64,000 nt of DNA, from NCBI GenBank assembly GCA_002269645.1, contig NIVC01000476.1, positions 146,985-210,984 on the forward strand, read 5' to 3'. Below the pieces are notes generated by a model. That model was not told the origin of the DNA. It was given only the letters and a program-made list of their open reading frames with translations, and did no database searches. Position 1 is the first letter of the stretch. Every line of letters begins with the position of its first letter. The position numbers and the translations under genes were made by a program. This document shows, one piece after another, positions 56,390 through 64,000 of the stretch. Origin of the DNA: Macrostomum lignano. Taxonomy: Eukaryota.

Positions 56390-56872
56390 TAGATTAGCAA
56401 TCTATTCTATTCCTTTATGAGTGACGTTGGTTAGATTAGCAATCCATTATATTCCTTCATCAGTGATGTTGGCTAGATTAGCAATCCATTCTATTACCTC
56501 ATCAGTGATGTTGGCTAGATTAGCAATCCATTCAAATTCTTCATCAGTAATGTTGGCTAGATTAGCAATCCATTCTATTCCTTCATCAGTGATGTTGGCT
56601 AGATTAGCAATCCATTCTATTCCTTTATGACTGACGTTGGCTAGATTAGCAATCCATTCTATTCCTTTATGAGTGACGTTGGCTAGATTAGCAATCCATT
56701 CTATTCCTTCATCAGTGATGTTGGCTAGATTAGCAATCCATTCGAATTCTTCATCAGTGACGTTGGCTAGATTAGCAATCCATTCTATTCCTTCATCAGT
56801 GATGTTGGCTAGATTAGCAATCCATTCTATTCCTTCAACAGTGATGTTGGCTAGATTAGCAATCCATTCTAT
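56390..56872. repeat. 42-bp minisatellite, copy 2 (same unit and orientation as 49395-49815)
   Basis: Seen directly. Confidence 0.95.
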
Positions 56873-57807
56873 TTACTTAAGTTCACTCAATTATTAAAAA
56901 GAGCATATGCATGATCTGTAAAGATCAAACTCGTACAACCGGCTTTCACCAAACACAGAGAATGGAACAAAAGTTATCCTTACCTATAAAGTGCATTAAC
57001 AAAGAGCAAAGCCAGTAAAAGTAAACTGACAGACGGGGTTGGAGGCGGCGCTGTGCGCTCTCAAGCATGCAGGTTTTTAGCATTCAAGCAAATCAAAATT
57101 CGATAATTAGAGCACAAAGAAAATAATTATAATTTTTTAAACTAAATTGAAAATGCGGTCAAGCCTCGAACTCAAACAAAAAGCACAAAAGTAGTCGAGC
57201 GGCAGAATTAGCGCAAAGCTCTGAACAAAAAACGGTACAAATAATAAATTTTGAAACCCAGGTAAATTCGGCACAAGACACAAAGTAGAACGGGACGGTT
57301 GTGTTGAAATTCTTGGAAAATGAAAGAAATGAAAGAATGCAGAAGAGCTTCAAAACGCAATGAGCTCCAAGCAATAACCAACCGTCCCGTCCATTGATTT
57401 GCGGTGCCTACCTGAATTTACTGAGGCAAATAAAACACACTAATCAACTGGATTTAAAAAAAATAATACAACTTCGTTACAAACAAAACAATTTGAGAAC
57501 AGTTGCGAGTTGGCCGAAAAGCAAAACCTGGCAAAAAAATTTACTGTTTTCTGTTGGTTATGGAAGCAATTTAAAAGCTGCCGATATCTCTGTGAGTGAC
57601 GAATAGTCTTAGTCACGCTTTGGATCAGCTTCAGGTTCGATAGACAGACGAGGACAGATGGGGTAATCGAGACGTTAAGGCATAGTAAATTGTTGCGTTG
57701 TTAGAGCGCATTCCCTCTGATATATCACCAATAGATGGAAGGGACAAGACAGTCTATGGCCTTAGCTGGCTCATTTGTGCCAGTACTTGCACCAAATAAC
57801 TGATAAA

Positions 57808-58000
57808 GGGCCGTATGCAGAAAGCTCTGTCTAGGGTAGTCCGGTCTTGAAAAGCTAGTCTGGACTTGGATTTGGTATGCAGAAACACAAAGTTAGACCG
57901 GTCTACTATAGCAGAACTAGGGTAGCTGGACCATAGACTATAGACTTAACTACCCAAGTCCGGACTAGCTAGTCTGGACTAAGCTTTCTGCATACGGCCC
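57808..58000. mobile_element. 193-bp MITE
   Basis: 19-bp perfect TIR GGGCCGTATGCAGAAAGCT...AGCTTTCTGCATACGGCCC, with internal tagtccgg/ccggacta symmetry; no clear TSD. Confidence 0.75.
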
Positions 58001-58367
58001 ATTGCTTCCCTGCAGCCACAGCCACTCGGGCCATAGACAATAAAGCCAGTCTCGCAATTCCAAGCTGCTTTCTACCACAGACGACAAGTGAAGGCTCTGC
58101 TCTCTGGTTGAAAAAGACAATCAAGTAGGAAATTTCCAAGCAAGCATTCTTGATTCTCAATGGAATTATCCGCTTGATTGAGCATCTCCTGTTGTCTGAT
58201 CTTCGCTGTATTGTTGGCTCGTAAGTGACGTTATTTAACGTTATTTTCAACGGCAATAATTATTGAACTGAATGCAAAGTATGCTGTGTCGGTTTAGTTT
58301 TTCTAAGACAGCAGTTTCATGTCCCCTTCATCTATTTGGCAATATATCACAGAAGTTCCTCGCTTTA

Positions 58368-61300
58368 TTAAAAGGAATTCTTTACAAAAGATAGAAACTC
58401 TGGCTTAGTAAGCAGAGTCCAATAAGCCTTGGGAGTTTCTGGGGCAGCGGCGGGGGCGGCGTCGGAGGCTTCGCCGTTCGCGCTGGCCTCGGCGGCTGAA
58501 GAGTCCGACGGTTGATCAGCTTGTTGGCTTGTCCGGCGCCGCTTGGCCAGAAAGAAGTTGAATTTATTGAAAACATCGGCCGCAACAGCCGTCTCCTCGG
58601 CGTCCCACAGGCGGAGCGACTCCTCCATTGTGAGACGTCGCTTTAGAGAGGGCGGCGCGGCGGCAGGATAGGCGAAGTCGGGCTGGTAATCGGCGATAGG
58701 CTCCGCAGGACAGTCAGGTTTTTTCTGCTCTTTGCGCGCTCTATGGCGACGCTCACGGCTTCGGCTGCGCTTGCGATTGCTGCTTCGGCTGCGACTATTG
58801 CTGCGTCTTCTATCACTGGTGCTGCTTTTGCGACGGCTTCTGCTGTCGCTGCTTTTTCTATGGCCGCTGCTGATTTTACGATTACTGCTGCTACTGCTAT
58901 TGCTGCTGCTGCTACTGATCCGACGACTACGACTGCTTCTTCTATAGTGGCTGTCGTTTCTGCGATAGTTGCTGCCTCGGTCGCTGCTGCGATACCTGTC
59001 CTGACTGCGGCTCGGCCTGCGCGATTCAAACAGGTTGAATTGTACTAAAATTCACTGCCTCTATGATGCATGCAAATGCGAAATACAAAATGCGATTACA
59101 GACTTACCTGTCGCTAGCAGCAGCCCTACTGCCGCTATTATGGCTGCTGATACCAGGAATGACTGCAGGCACCGGTTTCCCAGATTTATTCTGAGCGGCA
59201 GGTACTGGTGAACCGGATTTCGATGTGACAGGCACCGGTGTTTCTGTAGATGCTGCGATCAGCGAGTCTGAAACCTGTGGATCTGGAACAGGTGCAGCTG
59301 ATACCTGTGGATCTGGCACAGGTCCAGCTGATACCTGTGGATCTGGAACAGGTGCAGCTGATACCTGTGGATCTAGAACAGGTACAGCCGATACCTGTGG
59401 ATCTAGAACAGGTACAGCTGATTCCTGTGGATCTAGCACAGGTACAGCCGATACAGCCGATACCTGTGGATCTGGTGGCACAGGTGTGGCAGAATCCCGT
59501 AGCAATGACACAGGCGTGGCAAACACCGATGAAGCAGACTCAGGTGCGGCGGACACCAGTGGAGTAGACACAGGTGGAGCAGACACAGGTGCGGCAGACC
59601 CCTGTGGAGCAGACACAGGTGCGGCAGACCCCTGTGGAGCAGACACAGGTGCGGCAGACCCCCGTGGAGCAGACACAGGTGCGGCAGAAACGGGTTTAGC
59701 GCCCGACCTGGCCGCCGCCAAGCGCACCCTGGGATCCCGACTCTCCAGCTGCTTGGCCTGCTCCTGGGCGGCCTTAGCGGCGGCCTCAATACGCTGCTTG
59801 CCGATAGCCTCGGCCGCCTGTTTCATCCGGTCGGCCAGGCCGCTGAAACAGTCCTGCAGATTGTAGCATCGAACGGTTGAACGGCAGACTGGCGCCCACT
59901 GCGCGCCCGGGTCGGTCGAGCCTTGGCAGAGCAACTGGCGCCGGGGAATGGGCAGCCAGATCAGCACGTGAATCAGATTCTTCGTGCGGCCCAGCATGCG
60001 GGTAGCGCTGTCTAGTTGAAGCCGCTTAGATAGCGCCGACTGCGACGGCACCAAATAGCAGAGCGCGCCGGCGCCGTCAGCCGATTCGGTCATGGGCGCC
60101 AGCAGCAGGCAGTCCTTGGTGATCAGCATCTCGCAGAGTGTCCGGGCCCGGGCGGCGTTAGACGGGTCGAACAGTCCGGCCAGGTAGCTGACGTAGCCGG
60201 CGCTGGAGTCGGCCAGGCGGCAGACGGGCTTCTCCTCGGTCAGGGAGACGCCACAGTTGGCCAGGCGGGCCTCCAGATCGGCCGAGTCGACAACGCGGCA
60301 GGGGGTGGCCGACGGCAGCGAGCCGAGCTGCAGAAATGGCAGCACGGAGGGCGTTTTCTCAAGCGAGACCAGGCCGAGCTTCAGGCTGGGTCCCGCTGGC
60401 AGCAGGGGCAGCAGGACTTCGCCAACAAGGTAGGCGCCGTCGTTGAATTTCTTCACCCAATCTTGCCGATCGGGGCACACGGGCCGCGGCCGTCGTTGAC
60501 TTCGGCTACGAATCGGGCTCGACTCAGTGGAAGATTCGGCGGAGGAGGACACGGCTTCAGCTGATGCTGCAGAGCACTTTGCATTTTCCTGCTGCTTCTG
60601 CTCAGGTTTAGGCGCATGCTCCAGCGTCTCAGCTTCATCCTTCTGATCCTGCTGCATTTGTTGTTGAACCTGCTGCGCCTGCGTCTCCTGTTGTTGTTGC
60701 TTTGGCTGCTTGCGGTCGAGTGTCGGCTGGGTCTTCCGCTTGAAGCACTGGTCCCTGATCTGGTGCACGGGATTTGGGATAAACTATTCGATGTCTCAGA
60801 ATATGCTTTGTATGCGAAGGTTGCCTATTCTAATCAGTAATCTACTAGTAATCTATCCGTAAATCTATTAAAAGCGATGCAAAAAATTAACTTATTAAAG
60901 ATACCTAGTTCTCAATAAATGACAGATGCTCAAGATGCAAATTAATAAACACAAATATCGTAAGCAGAGAAAAGTTTCCTACAGGGCGTGCGCTGAGCTC
61001 GAACTCAAGCATCACAGCTTCACTGTTGATGACGAATGGCCTAGATTCAAGAGGCAAGTCTGCGTTTGCTGGTGAGCAAATTAGGGAGCAGGAAATGTCC
61101 CATAAACGCGACACTGGAAAGGTCTCAACAGGGAGACTCTATTAGTGGACAGCTTCAGAGCCTGGTTCAAATTCCAGGCCAAAATGCTTACCAAGCCATC
61201 GAACTTGAATTGAACAGCAGCCACAGGCAGCACGTGCCTGGGATGGTCCATCAATTCCAGGTCGGGTCCGTACTCAAATAGGAACACCTGGCTGCTATGA

Positions 61301-62442
61301 AATCCGGCTTCAATTATGCTTGCAGCTTTTCTATTAATCAATTCATCGTCTGTAAGCGTCTGACGAACGCTCTCGTGACAGTCGTACATTGGCTGTGGCT
61401 CCACAACGCTGTCGCCCTCGGTCCAGTAGCAGACGCGGCCGCGAACGTAGCGACAGATGACCAGCCAGCCAGTCTTTGGCAGGCCGAACTTCGGTGAGAT
61501 CCGATCGACGTACCGGCCCAGGGAGACGCCGGTAGAGCCGATGGCCAGAGTAGAGTCTGGCAGGTTGCCGCGGCGGATGCCGTTCTCAGCAATGCCGCGC
61601 AATCGATCCATTACGTCCGGCACGGGCGCCAGGTAGACGAAACCGTACCGCTCATCCAGCTTGACGGAGCCAGCCAGGGCGGCCAGATTGCTGGCGTTTT
61701 CTTCGGCAATGGCGGCCTGGATCTCCGCCTTCTTGGTGGCGAACTGTGACAACAGAATTACTCAATTTGGTTATTTTTGTGCACTAGAATTCGATATAGT
61801 ACTACTAGTAGCAGCAACCAGCTAAGCGCATTTCTATAAACTGCTTATTTTTACCTTATCACCGAGGCTCTTGTTGCCGATAGCAAATACTTTTGACGGG
61901 GAAAATTTGCTTCTTAATTCCTTATTTAAGAAGCCGCGCGATATGATGCAGTTAATGTCGTGCTTGTACTCGTTGGAATTTAGGTCAACGCTGCGCAGAA
62001 ATTCTGCAAATAGAAAGAAGAAAGGTAAGTAGTCTACAGCCTGAAAAAGCTATTTACTAAGGCTAAATTGGTTATTAGCTTAGTCACCCTTGGAGCTATG
62101 CGCCACTTTGGGCACCCGGATCTGTTTCAAAGCCTCTGTGCCAACGTAGCGCTCGTTAACAACATTTGGATGAAACCTGCCGGCCGAACCCGAAGCCATG
62201 GAATCGGCTGTCTGATTGAGGCCTCCAGACGCAGCGGCGGTGGTGACCTTTTTCTTCTTCTTTTTAATTGGAGAAGCCGAGCCAATATTATTATTGTTGC
62301 TGCAGTTGGCAATGTTATTATTGTCTTTTGGCCCGGAGCTTCTCTCCGACAGCGATAATGAAGGCGTTTGACAGTGCCTCAACGCCTGGAATTGCGAGTT
62401 TGAACAGCGAGGTTTAAACGGCGGCATTAAGGGTGAATTCAT
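58368..62442 (-). CDS. TASOR/TEX15-family protein: DUF3715 pseudo-PARP domain, SPOC-like domain and RS-rich C-terminus; exons 62442-62088, 62003-61855, 61743-61192, (linker unresolved), ~60783-59108, 59016-58368
   Basis: DUF3715 motifs seen: GVSLGRYVD, VEPQPMYDCHES, SQVFLFEYG...PRHVLPVAAVQF. These recall human TASOR motifs as remembered (GVYLSRYAD, LDPTPKHECHVS, YFYEYG...PRHVCPYAVVSF). Phase-consistent upstream exons (IRVPK, ISRGFL...NKSLGDKFATKKAEI); SPOC-like segment LCEMLITKDCLLL...LCYLVP...IHVLIWLP. Confidence 0.8.
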
Positions 62443-64000
62443 TACTCCAATAACCTACACAGATTATCTTGCATCCTGAAATATATTATAACCTAGAAAA
62501 AGATTAGAAAAAATTCGCGAGCAAGACAAAACGAAATAATCAATAAATCAATAATTTATGTTGTCTGACAAACACTAAAACACTTACACCGAATAGAACA
62601 ATACAGCAAGCAAAGATTAAGCAAAGATGACTTAAACTAAAAAAAAATTTTTAAGCTAATCACAAGCTTAGGGATAACTTTTCCTTTTTACATTGCATTG
62701 AGTAAGCCACCTGAGTAAAGAATGATTCACAGTAAGAATCAATCCATAAAAAGTAGTAGACTTGTTGATTTATCAATAAGAATGTCAAGAAGCTGCATTG
62801 CAGTCAGTCTCACACTCTCGTATTATCAAATTCAAATGCTCTTAAACTCAAGAGCATCCGGATACGCGATAGAAAGTGGAGGTAGCGCGCGGTTTAAGGC
62901 AAAAACAGAGTTGAATTAAATATTTTCACAATAGCAGTAGTACGGATAAGACGAACAACAATTGACTTGTTCTTTCTTCAGGATGTCCCATGTGCACTTA
63001 AAGCGCGTTTTCCAGTCGTATAGTTGCGGCTTCAATTGAAATAGTGGCCCGTTCGAATAGACAAAATTGCAAGCAGTCAGAATTGATACAAGCAAAATTT
63101 AATTCGGATTTAGTCAAATTAGATTTTGCAGTTCAAAGTTATGAAGCTAAATATAAAGTATAGCAACGAATAACAAACTCGCAGAAAATAGTGAACTCTT
63201 ACGTGCTATTACCGACACCAAATTGGAAAACAGCCGCTAATGTTCAAATGATTCGGGTCTCTAGGTGAATCAGAATGCGGGTTGTTTAACTATGGGGGAG
63301 AATGAGGGGTTTCGGTACAGGGGGGGGGGGGGAAGGACCCCAAAGCACGAATCAACTATATGGAGGTGAGTGGTATACGAGCAAGCAATGCACATTTGTC
63401 ATGATCCTTCAACCAACCATAATTCGACAAGCATGTAGTGTCCTGTCTAGACTCCATTGTTAGGACAGACTATGCCAAAATCGCTTCTTTTAACTTCTAC
63501 CAGACCAGAATTTTATATACAAAAAAGCCCGGTGGGGAAAGAACGGAAATAGTGATGACTCAATCTTTCTCTGGACAGATGCGTATAGGGTATAAAATAA
63601 GCCCGAACGCAGACCCTACGGTCCCTTGGCACTGATAAGGGTGGATAACCCACGGTTCCAAGGATATAGACTACCTCGAGGATTGAGGGTAAAGAAGGTC
63701 CTGTGGGCCTGCCCCAATTTTATCTTCTTAAATTCCTAGCTGTTCCTTTTCTATTCACGTCAAGTTAAAAACAGACATCAAAGGGGAAATCCTACAAAAC
63801 ATAGATAGGCTTAGGCCATAGACAACGCTCAAATTACTGAAACTCGACGAGAAACAAGCAAACCTGACATTAGACACAAAAGCATTTTGCAGTGCACGCG
63901 CTGCAGCCGAATACTGCGCACTTTATGGCTTTGAAAGTGCACGCATGATGAGCGTATCTTATCAATAAGCTTACTGACAGAACTGTGTGCAGAAACTGAC

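Noticed and set aside
60905-61160. Possible extra exon(s) between DUF3715 and the large exon of the TASOR-like gene
   Set aside because: Splice phases could not be reconciled without assuming indels; left unresolved.
63400-63900. Possible retroelement remnant
   Set aside because: Multiple stops and no motif recognised.

Overview
GC-rich, intron-containing animal DNA in which almost every long intron or intergenic gap holds a tandem array. The architecture is consistent with a free-living flatworm such as Macrostomum (inference only). Genes reconstructed by hand from splice signals and codon phase: an orphan gene (minus, ~1.7-4.5 kb); an innexin (5866-12363) whose first intron carries a truncated Ty3/gypsy element embedded in a (GAGGA)n microsatellite; a GT32 DxD glycosyltransferase (15581-19116); a cluster of six TNF-superfamily-like ligand genes (21924-45450; five type II membrane forms, one with a signal peptide, two intronless); a small secreted-protein gene; a RhoGAP-fold gene lacking the obvious arginine finger; and a TASOR/TEX15-like DUF3715 plus SPOC-like gene with an RS-rich tail (minus, 58368-62442). 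A tRNA-derived SINE, several MITE-like elements and about 30 micro/minisatellites are also present. Most long ORFs in the supplied track are repeat translations. The best candidates for undescribed biology are the six-gene TNF-like cluster and the invertebrate TASOR-like gene. All family calls are motif recognition by eye; no database searches were run.
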